Assembly: GCF_052425735.1 (NCBI RefSeq)
Contig: NC_135767.1
Span: 7,998,001 to 8,062,000, forward strand
Length of the DNA: 64,000 bases
Direction of reading: 5' to 3'
Source of the DNA: Oculina patagonica
Taxonomy: Eukaryota
Shown: one piece after another, positions 21,922 to 34,309 of the stretch
Layout: the number at the start of each line of letters is the position of its first letter
Numbering within the stretch: the first letter of the stretch is position 1
Position numbers and translations under genes: made by a program
The notes under the pieces: generated by a model
The model's database searches: none
The model's input: only the letters and a program-made list of their open reading frames with translations
What the model was told of the DNA's origin: nothing

Positions 21922-24810
21922 TTATCAGAGGTTATATTACAGCCGATCAAGAGCCAATCAGAGAGACCTGTGCGGAACTCTTTTCAGTTGTGTCAGTTGG
22001 GAAGGATCAAGCGTGCGAAGATAGCAGTCTATATTTTTTATACAAGAGTCTAGGAGTTGTGACTAACTACATGATTTTGTTTGAAGTGGGCACATCTAAG
22101 GAATCGTAATGCTGTGGTTATTCTAGTGTTTTTTTGTATTTACGTTATGTCTATTTTTCAGTCGAAATAGTTTTTACCTTGTCGAAATGAAGTGACATCG
22201 GAATATGTCATTAGCACAGTAATCTGTAGCCAGCCTTGCAATTCTCCTTTAAAGTCATCTTCCATTTGTTTGTTCCACTAATCAAGCACAAGTAAACAAA
22301 CGAACGAATGGTCGATTGTACTAAGAAATATTGCATTGGAGTAATATTTAAGTGGAAAGGTAGTGAATTTAGTTAATTATAGGTGATAAAAAAGAGTCTG
22401 AACAGTAAAGCAATAATGACAATAATAATAATTATAAAAACAATGTATAATTATAATAAAAACCTTCCCAAAATCCTTTGCAACTGAAAAATCGTCAATG
22501 CCAAATAACTTGGTCAGTTTGAAGTCAGCAGGAGTAGTACGTCGTATAGAAATAACTCTTACCATAAACTACTTCTTGTATAAGTCGTAGGTCGATGACG
22601 TCATTAGTCACCTGGCTTTGCTCGGAAGTTCGTTTTTGCTCACTGTGACGAAAATAGTTTGTTACTGAAAAAGCAGTCATTGCAGTTTGAAGCACATTGG
22701 TGTGAGGCATTTCGGACTGCTCAGGTACGGAACAAAATATAAATATTAATGAAAATGGAATCTGGGTACAAGTGCGTATCTGGCGTTGCATTAAATGTAA
22801 GGTAATCAATCCCATTGTTATGACGTCATCGGTCACGTGACCAGAACGGATCACATTTTAAATTCGCTTGAAAACTTTACTAGAACCTCTCTCTTAGGAT
22901 CTTTTTGAGCGAAGTTGTAGTTTTTTAAATAGTGTTTTTAAAAATGGCCATTATTACTTTTTCTTGAAAAAGTACGGCAATAAAAAATACAATTGAAAAG
23001 TTTGTTGGCTTCCTACTCAACGACCATTTGCATTTGAAATAAAAGAAAATTTTGCCAAAGGCTTGAGTGTATGCTCTATATGATAGCGTTGTCAGTTTCT
23101 GTTCATTTTAATTGCTTTTGGCGAGGATGGATTTTATTTCTTTCAGACGAAAGGAGAGGCGCCTGGGGAGAATTTAATCTGCGGCCCCCTTCCCCTCTCC
23201 CCTGCTTGCGGATTCCCCGTGGTCCGTATTGCGGGCTCATGACGAGCATTTTCAAAATGGCGTCGATGGCGATCTTATGAAGTGATTTTGAGTTATATAG
23301 GATAGTTTTGTCAATGTTCTTTCTTCTTGACGCGATCACGAGTCCCCAGACAAAGGGTATGCAATATCCTTTATTTGTATTCCCGATAAAGAAGAATATG
23401 GAATGAGGAGAAACGGTGGAAGCTTTTCGCAAACATTTCTAACAGAAACTTACAGTGACCTGAGGTAAGCATTTCTCATTTTACTATAATTTTATTTTGA
23501 AGACTGGCTTAAAATTATGTCTTCGGCGTTTATGTGAAGATTTATAAAAGTGCTAAAGATAAAATCGTGCCAAAACTTAGCTAACTGGAATTAAAGCCGA
23601 GATCGGCGATTAAAAAAAAATAGATATTGTAGATTTTGAGGCGATAGTATCATAGTAATGTCACTCAGTTCGTCGAGGCATGTAATTGTTATTTATATTT
23701 GTCATCTGAATGTTAAGCTACTTCAAATTAATAAGAATCGCATCCATTCATTATTTATACGTGAGGAAATGTTTGTCGAAATATTGACCAAGTGGTAACT
23801 TAAAATTTGTATCTTTCCATGATGTGTATTATATTGCCAGACATAGATTTACGTTTCTTTTGCATTTTGTGGTATACAGGTAATTTGTGGGATTAATAGA
23901 ATGCCTAATGTGTAAACAGGATTTACAGAATTCAGAACTGAGGAATTTCTGAATTACTGGTGAGTTAAACTATGGATTATAACAAGTTCAGGTAGTTATT
24001 GATCTATTCAGCCAATCTCAGCAATTCCCATCCTCCTCTCTACACACATTCATTACCTGAGACATTTAAGATCTACTTCCTGACCAGACATTTGCCTACT
24101 TTATAAAAAAGCTGTTGACATTTTTTAAGGCATGTATTTTCAGTTGTTGTATGGCCTTCAGTAGTATTTTAAACTACAGCTAGCAATGTAAAAAAATCAA
24201 ATGAAGCCTGACATTTTTTCTGCAAAATTATGATTAATGAAAGGAAGGGTGCAAAGAAAATTAATTTCTTTCTGGCCTGACCCAGGTAGACTGGGCAATG
24301 TCATTTGGCTATCTAGCAAGTGGAAAAAATTATTGAATCCACTAGCCCAACATGAAAGCAGTCAGTTATTTTTTCACACACTGAAAAAGGCCATTTAATA
24401 TACAGTCTGCATGCTGGAAAAATAGCAATTTCTTTAAAATAAATAGTTTTTGTTTGTTTTGTTTCTATTTACAGGTGACTTGAAGAGTGCAATGACATTC
24501 CTCTTAGTCAAAATGAAATCAAAAATACACATTGTGTTAATGCAATAAAATTGTCACATGATTGATTCCCACATGTTGCCAGTTTAAGCCTGAAATATAT
24601 ACTTTAGTGACATTTATAGCTATTTATGTAATATGAACATCCCAGAACCCAATAAGGCTACATGTGAATCTTGACACTCTGTTACATGTAAGATTTGAAA
24701 CCACTCTGGGGTTCATGACAAAAATATTTTGTTTCAATAAAAATAATGAAATTACAGAGAACTTACGAAATTATTATCGCAGACCATATATAATGGCAGT
24801 TTAATTATAA

Positions 24811-24999
24811 TGTGTGGTTCCAAAACATATCCATACCTACCCCAAGGATGGTTCTTTGGTTTGGACCCTTCCGACCCCCTGGAACTTTCAGTTTAGCTTT
24901 ATACTTTTTTTTAAACATTTGGGCTATTGCGACCTCCCTCCCCTTCAGAGTTTTCTTTGACCATCCTTGGGTTGAGTATGGAATTTTCTGGAACCGCAC
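24811..24999. mobile_element. Short MITE-like element
   Basis: Imperfect TIRs TGTGTGGTTCCAAAACATATCCATAC and GTATGGAATTTTCTGGAACCGCACA. Confidence 0.55.
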
Positions 25000-25113
25000 A
25001 ATGTAGGCATTTGCTTAAAAAAGTAAGCTGCAGATTGATGCACACTAATATATTTGTTTAACCTTTTCACATTTGCCAGTTTTCTATGGAATAAATAATT
25101 ATATATTGTTTTT

Positions 25114-25275
25114 NNNNNNNNNNNNNNNNNNNNNNNNNNNNNNNNNNNNNNNNNNNNNNNNNNNNNNNNNNNNNNNNNNNNNNNNNNNNNNNNNNNNNNN
25201 NNNNNNNNNNNNNNNNNNNNNNNNNNNNNNNNNNNNNNNNNNNNNNNNNNNNNNNNNNNNNNNNNNNNNNNNNNN
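25114..25275. other. Assembly gap
   Basis: Run of N. Confidence 1.
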
Positions 25276-27103
25276 AAAATATTTCAAAAACAGCAAGGCC
25301 TCAGTATGAGATGTTCCCGTAACGACCTCAATCTCGGTTAATAAGTAGTTATTATTGACATAATGTCTCCGTAAAAAAAATCGGTCCGCCATGCGTACGT
25401 GTGGGGGCTTGATAATTTCAAATTTGATTCTTCTTTTTTGTGAATTCATTTAGTACATTCAATTACCTTAAGGCTGCTATTTATTGCGGCAAATAATCTT
25501 TGCGATTTTTTGCAAATTCATTCCTTGAAAATTTATGAGCAGCAGGTGATTCAAACATTTCTTTGATGCACATGATAACAGATAAACAGCGGAATGTCTA
25601 TTACATTGATATACGATATTTTCGCCTCACGTCATTAAGAATGTAAGAGTAGCACAGTCGGGTAGGCATCTGACTGGGGAACGAGAGGTCGCCAGAGGCC
25701 CGAGTTCGAATCACAGCGGGGACAATTTTTTTCTTTTTTCCTTTTTTTTTTTCTTTTTTAACCAGTAGCACTAAAATGGTTTGTTTATTATATCGCTCCG
25801 TAGGTATGCATTGCAGAATAATTTACATATATCAGAACATATAGCCATATAGACTGATTCAAGTACAAATGTATTAAATTGTGCTGTTTCTGCGGCTCTC
25901 AATATTGGCTTGCGTAAGCGTAAAAGCTCCTCTTGAATTGATGTGCAACCTGCACAGACTTCCAGCCAAACGAAACTTCTGTGAGCTGACTTCGTGAGCT
26001 GCTGTAATGACGAGCAACTACAGGAACAGCTGAAATCAAAGAAACCACACGAAACGACACGCCAAAATCCAATATGGCCTACTCGACAAGACCGCCGACT
26101 CATCCCCAGGATCTCTCGCAGAAGACCACGTGACACAAGCAAACCCACACACAAATAAATAAATAAATCCCTCAGTCGATAACAATGTGCGGGCAGAGCC
26201 CCCACAACAATTAAAGAAAACACTAGTAACTGTAGAAACCTCCTTTTTGATATCCAGATTCTGAACTTTGAGCAAAACAGATTCTTCTCTTTCTTTTGAA
26301 GATGCTGTTTGCGTAGTAGGGGTAGTGGTAGAAGAGTTGCCTGGTTAATACAAAAATAAGAAAACAAAAGGACAGTTAATGCAATGATATTATCATTTTT
26401 CTTTATTTTTTCCAGTTTTTTGAAAGAGAGTTGCACGATTTGATTATATTTGCATTCCATAAGCATTCTGGCTTGATTTTGCATCAATTTCCGTTATATT
26501 CTGAATTTCTAAGGAAATGGTGAAATCCAAGATGGCGGATCCAAGATGGCGGCTATAATGACGTCACAGCCAACCAAAAATATGTCATCTTGTAGAGTTC
26601 GCTTCGGGCTTTCTACTTAGTGCAAAAATATTTCGCTGCGCCTTAATAGGACGAAAAATTCTGGGGAGGATCCATCCACCATCAACCCCCTCCCCTGTAC
26701 GATGGTGGGTGTATGAGTCTGCTTGTACGTCCGATGGTTAAAAGTGTTTTAAATGATTCGAAATGATTTAAATGTTTTAAATGATTCTCCGCGAAATCAA
26801 AATAGTTAAGGTCTAAGTTGTCTCCGTAGAATTCGGGTAGACAAATGCAGTCGTACCCGCCAGGAAACCTAGCACATGTTCCATTATTTCGGCATGGAGA
26901 GCTGATACATTTGTCAACTATAAAATAGTAATTAAAAAAAAATTTAAGAAAATTTTGAATAGCTTTAACAATGCACATTTTTGCTCCAGAAATGTCCTAC
27001 AGAGAAATCTAAGCCCCGAAAGTTAAATTACGAGTGGTTATCGTCCGTAAGAAATAACAAATAAAATTTTAAACTTAATTGTTACACCTTGTTACAAACT
27101 TAC

Positions 27104-27214
27104 GTATCTGACAGTTGTCTCCATAGAATTCCAGCCAACACATACAGCTGTACCCACCAGGAATTCTAGTACATGTTCCGTTATTACGACATGGAGAGCT
27201 GGTACAGTTGTCAA
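27104..27214 (-). CDS. EGF-like domain exon (phase 1-1)
   Basis: [36 protein letters not shown]; ag and gtaag borders; 111 nt. Confidence 0.8.
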
Positions 27215-27619
27215 CTATAAAAAAAGTAATTAAATCATTAAAACGAATTTAAAGAGGAATATATTTACATTTTATTTCACGTGCACTTTAAAAGGCCGTA
27301 ACATTGCACATTTTTACTCCTCCTTCCTTCTTGTATAACATTATTGTCTCTTTAATTTGTTCAATGTGTTTAATTTTCAACCTTTAAAGTTCCCTTAATG
27401 GTGTGTTATAAATAAGTTCAGCCTTATCGATATACCCTTACTTTCTGTGACCTCCGCTAATACCTGAAGCATGAACAATAAAACCGCAACACAAGAATTT
27501 CTGGCCTAATCAATTTCATTCTCCGAAAGTCTGTCCTGGCGAACAACCTGCTACAGGACTCTTGGCTCGAAATTGCACATATAAGAGCTGCAAAGCCATA
27601 TTACTTTCTTTCAACTTAC

Positions 27620-27730
27620 TTATCTCACAGTTATCTCCATAGAACCCTGGTGCACAAGTGCAGTTGTATCCACCAGGATACCTTGCGCATGTGCCACTGT
27701 TTTGGCATGGAGAGCTGGTGCAGTTGTCAA
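27620..27730 (-). CDS. EGF-like domain exon (phase 1-1)
   Basis: [36 protein letters not shown]; 111 nt; canonical splice sites. Confidence 0.82.
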   Translation of the reverse strand: MTTAPALHAKTVAHAQGILVDTTALVHQGSMEITVR

Positions 27731-27925
27731 CTACAAAAGAGTAATTAAAAAGCTTTGTCAGAAGAACACAATAGCATTCCATTATAAATATAAATTCTAC
27801 AGGCTAAACAATACCCATTTTTACTCCAGACTTACTGTCTGTGGACAAAGTTTGATTAGTTTACTTTGATATACATCATGGGGTATGGTGCTGTTTACTA
27901 TACCGTACTGACCATGTGGTTTTAA

Positions 27926-28507
27926 CCCTATTCATACCGGGCTTTTTTGGACCTTCTCTGACCGGGGGGGGCTTCCCGAAGCCCCCCCCCCTCATGTAAC
28001 TTCAACAATATTTAAGCAATCACAATGAAACTTATAGGACATATAGTATGTCCGAAAATCTTTCTTTTGGTATACGTCACGTGGGAATATGACGTCATGA
28101 TATCAAAACAGCCGCCATCCTGGATCCGCCATCTTGGATTTCAATTTTTTTCCAAAATGCCAGAAAACCACCCAAAATTACTGCAAAGTACACAAAATCG
28201 ATAAAACTGTGCTTAAAAACCGTAAAAAGGTAAAAATTAATTGTATTTAAGATAATTTCCATTAATAGAAACCCGAAAATTTCAAATTTGGGAAATATGC
28301 CTATCAACATGCCGTTGCCATGGTGATGTCAAGTTCCTGACACAACGTCCTATCCTACCAAATTACTCCCAGATAAATTAAATTAAATTAGTTAAACTCA
28401 CAAAGTTTGGCAGGGTATAGTTGAATCTTAAAAAAGTTAAAAGCGTTCAAAGTCAGCGCGGCCCTCAAAAGCCCCCCTCCCCCCTCCCCCCCCCGGTCTC
28501 AATAGGT
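27926..28507. mobile_element. piggyBac-type MITE
   Basis: TTAA|CCCTATT ... AATAGGT|TTAA with G- and C-rich subterminal tracts; interrupts an intron module that is repeated elsewhere in this gene. Confidence 0.65.
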
Positions 28508-28820
28508 TTAAGTCAGTGGATAAAATCCTGAATACTGAGTCGTCGTCGTTATGTTTAAAACGTTGATTAATGTAAAACGCCAGTACTTTAACATTAATTG
28601 CCCGATCGTTATATTGCACTAAACTTATTCCCTACCCCACAAGGAAGGCAACTCAAAAGCATCGGTCCGGGTGAGAAAAGTCATCGGGGAAGAAAAACAG
28701 CTTTACATGTTTTGAGCCAAGTCGGTTCTGCTTCTCATTTCTCTCAAGATTTTTACATTTCTTGAATTTCCGATTTGTAAGCAGTCAGCTGCGTTATTGC
28801 TTTACCTTATTTCAACTTAC

Positions 28821-28931
28821 TTATCTCACAGTTGTCTCCGTAGAAGTCCGCTGGACAAGTACAGTTATACCCACCAGGATGCCTACTGCATGTGCCACTA
28901 TTTTGGCAGGGAGAGCTGGTGCAGTTGTCAA
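28821..28931 (-). CDS. EGF-like domain exon (phase 1-1)
   Basis: [36 protein letters not shown]; 111 nt; canonical splice sites. Confidence 0.82.
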   Translation of the reverse strand: MTTAPALPAKIVAHAVGILVGITVLVQRTSTETTVR

Positions 28932-31095
28932 CTACGAAAGATTAATTGAAAACTATTTATGCAAACGTTGGACACCGCATTATAAATAAATTTTATTAAG
29001 CCTTTAACGTGTCATTTTTGTACTCCAGAATTTCAGGTCTAACAATAAAGTTTGATTAGTTTAATTTCATGTACGTATTTGATGCTGTCGTGGCCATGCG
29101 GTTCTAACGCTCAATCTGTGAGCAAAACCACAATACGAGACCAGATCTTTTGTTTATATGTCCGACGAGTAGCGCGAAGCACTGATACTAGTTTTAAAGG
29201 TTTAAGTTGTCAAAAACGAGCGAAAAAATGACAGCATAAAATACTTCTAATCCCCTTAACCAAAAGAAAGTCAACTAAAAATTAGCGGCTTGCGGAAGAG
29301 AAAGCACTAGAGCAGAGAGTAAACTTGAAGGGGTTGAGACAAGTTGGTTCTGCTTTTTACCCCGAGGGCGTTTTTATTTCCAAAGACAAATCTTTGGTTT
29401 AAAAGTTTTACGGAGGGGGCTACGCTCTGATAGTTTGAAAAACACTGTGTTGTAGCCGTTCGAAATAATTTAAGATACAATTGCTTTTTTTTAGTCTTTC
29501 TTTAACTTACTTATCTCACAGTTATCTCTGCGTGGAGATCGCACTATTTCTTGCTGAATTAATACAGACGAAAGCCTAACTTCGCCTTCGATAATACGAG
29601 CTGGTCTTCATCCAATTCTCTTTCTTTCAGATATTGCCGAAATACAATAAGAGGAGATTCCATTGCCTTCTTTGTAGCTTCGCTGTTTTTTTCGGGCCTA
29701 GCAGAAAAATCCAACCGCTCTTCTTCGTCTCTGGAAAACTAGCTGCAATTTTTCTCGGAAGTGGATACAACTACGCATGAGCAGAATATTATTTGTAGCA
29801 AAATCACTGTCAGACGCTAGTGCGCACGAGCAGACCATTATTTGTAGGCAGTTATTTGCAGATCACGTGGTGGGCTCTCGGCCAATGAAAAGAAAAAAAA
29901 TGCATTGAATGATAAAAATGATTAATTGGAAACCATTTTCAGTAACCTTTGGACACTTAATTATAAATATAATTATTATTTGGCCTTAGCATGTCAATAA
30001 TAAAGTTTGATTAGTTTAATTTTATATACGTATTTGATGCTGTTTACAATGCCGTCCTTACAATGTGGTTCTTACTTTTAATCTGTGTACGTAACCACAA
30101 TGCAGGACCAGATTTCTCGGGGTGACGATCTGATAAAAGTAATGAGCGGTAACCTTAAGAAATAAATGACACTGAGCGAAAATTACTTTTCATTGCGTAA
30201 CTAGCAAAATACAAGACGAGGCACTTGCCTCGTTTAGATTTTTACCTAAAATTAAAACCAAAATAAGTTCTGTTGGGAAAATAATGTCTCTGAAAGTGTT
30301 TCAGATTGTCTAGATTTCAAAACTGTCTGGAGGCATTCCCTCAGAACCCCATAAAAAGATCTTGCCTCGTCTATGGCAAAGGTCTGGTTACGGCCCTGGG
30401 AACTTACCCATAAAACTGAACTCAAAATGAGCAGCTTGTTATTCACCTCAAACAACATTACTTACGTTTTGCGCTTAAACCGTTTGTTAGAAACAACAAA
30501 TAACAAATTTCCAGCGCCATCTGTCCGGCGCCGTGTATCGTACTTCAGTTGAACTAGGGACAGGGAAAGGGGATCCAGGCTGTATGTCAGAGGTAAGTGT
30601 TGGAGGCAAGCCTGAATTATCCGTCGCTGTAACTGTCGGCCAGGTAACGTTCATTGAAGGTGGTGGAACGTTGTGCATTACAATGTTGCTTGGGCATGTG
30701 ATAAATGGTTCCTGTTGGTCTAAAACGTGTAGTAAAAAAAAAGATGTATACAACTCAACATAGCATCATTCTTTTAAACTAATTTCTTTGATAATCGCAC
30801 CTATAACAAATGTCTTGATTTTGATTGATTCTGTTCGCGTTTATCGCGTTATTGTACCAATAACAAAACTCTCGTTTCTGATCGGTTTCCCCGGACGCTT
30901 ATGTGTCACGTATTTTGAGCGAGTTCACGAACGTGTCCAATTACAGTCCTCCATTTTGAACAACTTTATGTTGAATTTTCGCGTGCTTAAATTTCGCGCA
31001 ATGTTTTGGTATTATTTCGCGATTATTTTAAAAATCGCGAAAATCGGGAAAATTATTACTCGCGAAAATAAGTAAGATTAAGGTAGTGCTTATAT

Positions 31096-31532
31096 TAAAT
31101 AGATTTTGCCAAGCCTAAAAGTGGAGATCCCCAGTAATTTACTTTGCCCTTTTTTATATAATTATGTGAATTCTCTTACAATAGACAGAAAAAAATATAG
31201 CATTTGAGCCTGTGATCCAATAGAAAAACCATTTTCTGGTAAGCGGTCAATTTAAAAAAGAATACACATGACCCCGATAAGTTATACACCTGAGCCTGCG
31301 ATGTAGTTACGTGTACTGGTCGGCGGACACCTTGTATTGACAGCTGTCAACTGACCATAACGTGGATGTCCAGTATCAAAGAGGTTAGGGTTAATCCATT
31401 TCTGAAGTGGGCGACGTATGTACGTACGCGCCTGTGAGCCATGCCGCTAACCGTGATGACCTATTTCTGTGTATTTTCTATGGCTATGGGGCTCCGCTCT
31501 GCGGACCTTCGGGCCGCTGTGGAGCTCCGCTA
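31096..31532 (-). mobile_element. Helitron2/Helentron-like element, family 1, short copy
   Basis: TAAATAGATTTTGCCAAGCCTAAAAGTGGAGATCC ... GCGGACCTTCGGGCCGCTGTGGAGCTCCGCTA. Confidence 0.65.
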
Positions 31533-32221
31533 AAAATTGCATATCCTGTTCGTTATTCTGCTCGGATGCTGCTTTTCTGCTCATATTAATTCTGCTTTGT
31601 ACAATTTTGACATATTTGCATTCATATCATTAGACAAAGATAGTGTCAACGCCCCCCCCCCCCCCTTTTTTTACTCTAAACGCCATGTAGCAATTTTGAT
31701 TCACTGGTGGACTTTCAAATAAAATTCTCTTTCTCTCGCGGCCCTTATATGATGATTCCTTTAATTTATCGTTAAAAAAAAATGGAAAACGTTTTTAAGT
31801 TTAAATTAGACATGTTTGACAGACTGAACTTCCTCCATTGTCAATGTGCATTTATGCTTGCTGAATTAGAATTTGTTTCAATTTGTTAGCGATATCTTTG
31901 CTTGTTGTTGTCAAATTCTGCTCGAAAATTTCTTATTCTGCTGGCACAATTCCTTTTCCCTCGTCTGATCAAAAATGCTTCACCTATTCTGGACTCTGCT
32001 CGAAACTCAGTCTGCCAGCAGAATTTGTTCAAAGCCCCTGTCAGACCATTAAACAAGGCCGTGTCGATCGGTTTCTGGGAAACGGCGTTTCCAAAAAAGA
32101 CATAAAGACGGTGTAGACAGGCATAAAAGAGCCTCAGCTCAACAACTTGACATAAGCATCCTTCTCCTTGTGGCGGGGGGAAGTTTCACGATATTTCTAA
32201 CATTCTTAAATCTGTAAAGTC

Positions 32222-33034
32222 ATGGCTTCACCGTTGGTCTGGTTGGGACGAATAGCCTTTTTCGTTCTGATGATCCTCCAGAGCGTTTCATTCGCTTCCT
32301 ACCCAGCAAAGTACGAAAATCAAAATGGCTGGTACGGATTGCTGCTCCTCTATCTCCCCGCTTTAATTCTGTGGTTCTACATTCTATACGACGAAGGAAA
32401 ACTCCGTTGGATCTTCTTCGTTTGGGGCCTTTATGTGTGGCTTGCTTTGGTGCCCACCGTCGGGATAATATTTGGAATCGTCGAAGAAAAACTTGAGAAA
32501 GGCGTGTTTTTTGGTCCAAATGTGTTAAAAATGACCTTCTGTTTAACCCCGCTTCTCCTGCTGTTGTTGCTGAACACCGGAGCCGATTCACATGAATACA
32601 GAGAGCTCGTGTCCAAGCTGTCCTTTCAGATAACTCTGGATCTCTTCGACGGTGTTGAAATGTTGGAAGTTATCCTCGAAGAGAATGAGCTCCTGCATGG
32701 TCTTCCGAAGGGATTTGAGAACGCCATAATCGCCATCGTTTGTATAAGCTTCCTGCTCTCTCCTGGTCAACTGATGGAAAACAAACTGCAAGGAAATCGC
32801 CAATGGAAGATCCATCGATGTTCATCAGCCTTGCGTATTACCATCCAAGTTCTTTGCGTCAATACGGCCTTTCTGGGGCTTCGTTTAGTGCTGTTTTTCG
32901 AGTTCGGAAAAGATGCATCCATTTTCATCGCTAAAAATGGCATCATTATTATCCTTGGCTTTCTGGAGTTATGTTCGATTTTTAGCTGCTGTGGATGTGA
33001 GCAGGATCAAGAACAAAATTTAATAATCATTTAA
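32222..33034 (+). CDS. TMEM121: CECR6/TMEM121-family membrane protein, copy 5 (270 aa)
   Basis: Intact ORF with FFGPNVLK, TLDLFDGVEML, GKDASIFIAKN and tail CSIFSCCGCE. Upstream TTCTGGGAA at 32073-32081 and GGGAAGTTTC at 32178-32187. Confidence 0.88.
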   Translation: MASPLVWLGRIAFFVLMILQSVSFASYPAKYENQNGWYGLLLLYLPALILWFYILYDEGKLRWIFFVWGLYVWLALVPTVGIIFGIVEEKLEKGVFFGPNVLKMTFCLTPLLLLLLLNTGADSHEYRELVSKLSFQITLDLFDGVEMLEVILEENELLHGLPKGFENAIIAIVCISFLLSPGQLMENKLQGNRQWKIHRCSSALRITIQVLCVNTAFLGLRLVLFFEFGKDASIFIAKNGIIIILGFLELCSIFSCCGCEQDQEQNLIII

Positions 33035-33180
33035 AGGAGCATCGACCAAGTCTACAGTGCCAACCATATATCCGATAAGGATTTTTTCCCTGCTTAGATG
33101 ATCTTTTTTTTTGCAGCTTTATTTCTAAACAATAAGTAATTTTGTCGGAGTTAGACTTCCCTTTTTGTCAATATGGACTA

Positions 33181-33581
33181 CAGTAAAAACCCGCGAGTAA
33201 GAACATAACATTAAGAACCTGTTAGGCTAAAATTTGCAAATTAGACCCAATTTCTATAAAAACCTAATATTTAGCCTAAAATTTGAAAACAGGTTCTTAC
33301 TTTCTAAAACTGATTAAAAATGTTTACTTTTGGGGGGGGAAAATATGATATGATTAGTGCTTCATTTTGACATAAACTCTATGTGGTATGCAAATTTTAT
33401 ACAAGAAAAAGGCCGAATACCACTAAAATCTCTATAACAACATTGAAATTTTTTCTTCAGGGAAAAATAAGAATCTATTAAGAACCTAAGTAGCCTTAAT
33501 TTGTGTTAATAAACCTTTATGTAAGAACCTGTTTAGGCTAACCTGAAAAACAATAGGTTCTTACTTGCGGGGTTTTTACTG
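33181..33581. mobile_element. pogo/Tigger-type MITE
   Basis: TA|CAGTAAAAACCCGCGAGTAAGAAC ... GTTCTTACTTGCGGGGTTTTTACTG|TA. Confidence 0.8.
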
Positions 33582-34309
33582 TATCTTTATATAATCAATC
33601 ACTAATTTGCTTCCAAACTTTACACATTTAATGGTACCCTTTTATTTGGCACAAGTTAGAGTGTAATGAGTAAGCAGTATACTTTACGTATATTTAAGGT
33701 ACTATACTTTTGACTGGATATGTGGGTAGCTTATTGTCGGCTCGGGATAGAGAGACTCAGCCCGAGCCCTGCCGGTGTTATGTTGTGTTCTTGGAAGGTA
33801 AAATTCTACCCTCGTGCCAAAATAGGCCACCTCAACGGAAGTTATCCTGGTTTCTATAGCATGCTAGGACATCACAGGTTTCCCTCCAGCATTTTGACAG
33901 GTTGCCCTAGCATTTGGCCGATACTTATTCAATGTCGGACGGCAGGAAGAATATAGAACTATTAATACTCCAGCTAGGTGGAAAAGGTCCGGCCAGTGAG
34001 AATAGATTGTATTGCATACTGTAAACACAACAATAATAAATGCGCTTAGCCAGAGCTCGAATCTGGTTTCAGACTGAGTCAAATTCGCAAAGCATTTTAG
34101 CCATGTACTGCAGCTTCCTTTCTTAGACACTTAGACAAGGCACCTTGACTGAGTCTTGCAGTGCTGTTTTAGGGCAACCTTAAAAACTGCTGTAGGGTGA
34201 CCTGTAAATGACAAGCTACCCAAACTCCATGTGATTGTTTTCATCTACTTATCAGCATCTTTAATTAAACGAAGAAATATATCTTAAGAGTTATTAAGCG
34301 TTAAAAGTC

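Larger units (their letters stand above)
19918..30719 (-). pseudogene. 3' half of a HYR / EGF-repeat / SEA-like type I membrane protein gene, frameshifted
   Basis: Exons in transcript order: HYR 30719-30466 (4-bp CCGG insertion shifts frame); EGF remnant about 29528-29511; EGF 28931-28821, 27730-27620, 27214-27104; EGF 26917-26817 (last Cys and donor lost); S/T stalk 26340-26240; 22277-22178 (WNKQMEDDFK..ARLATDYC, 1-nt frameshift); TM exon 21429-21055; last exon 20062-19918. Splice phases are mutually compatible. Confidence 0.75.

Noticed and set aside
21597-22109. ORFs spanning N runs (also 25073-25449)
   Set aside because: Artefacts of assembly gaps.
25645-25755. tRNA-like sequence followed by a T run
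   Set aside because: Only degenerate A and B boxes with no cloverleaf; probably a transposon-internal relic.
25771-26487. 238-aa minus-strand ORF as a gene
   Set aside because: No recognisable domain; it crosses a real exon (26240-26340) in a different frame, plus repeat-derived sequence.
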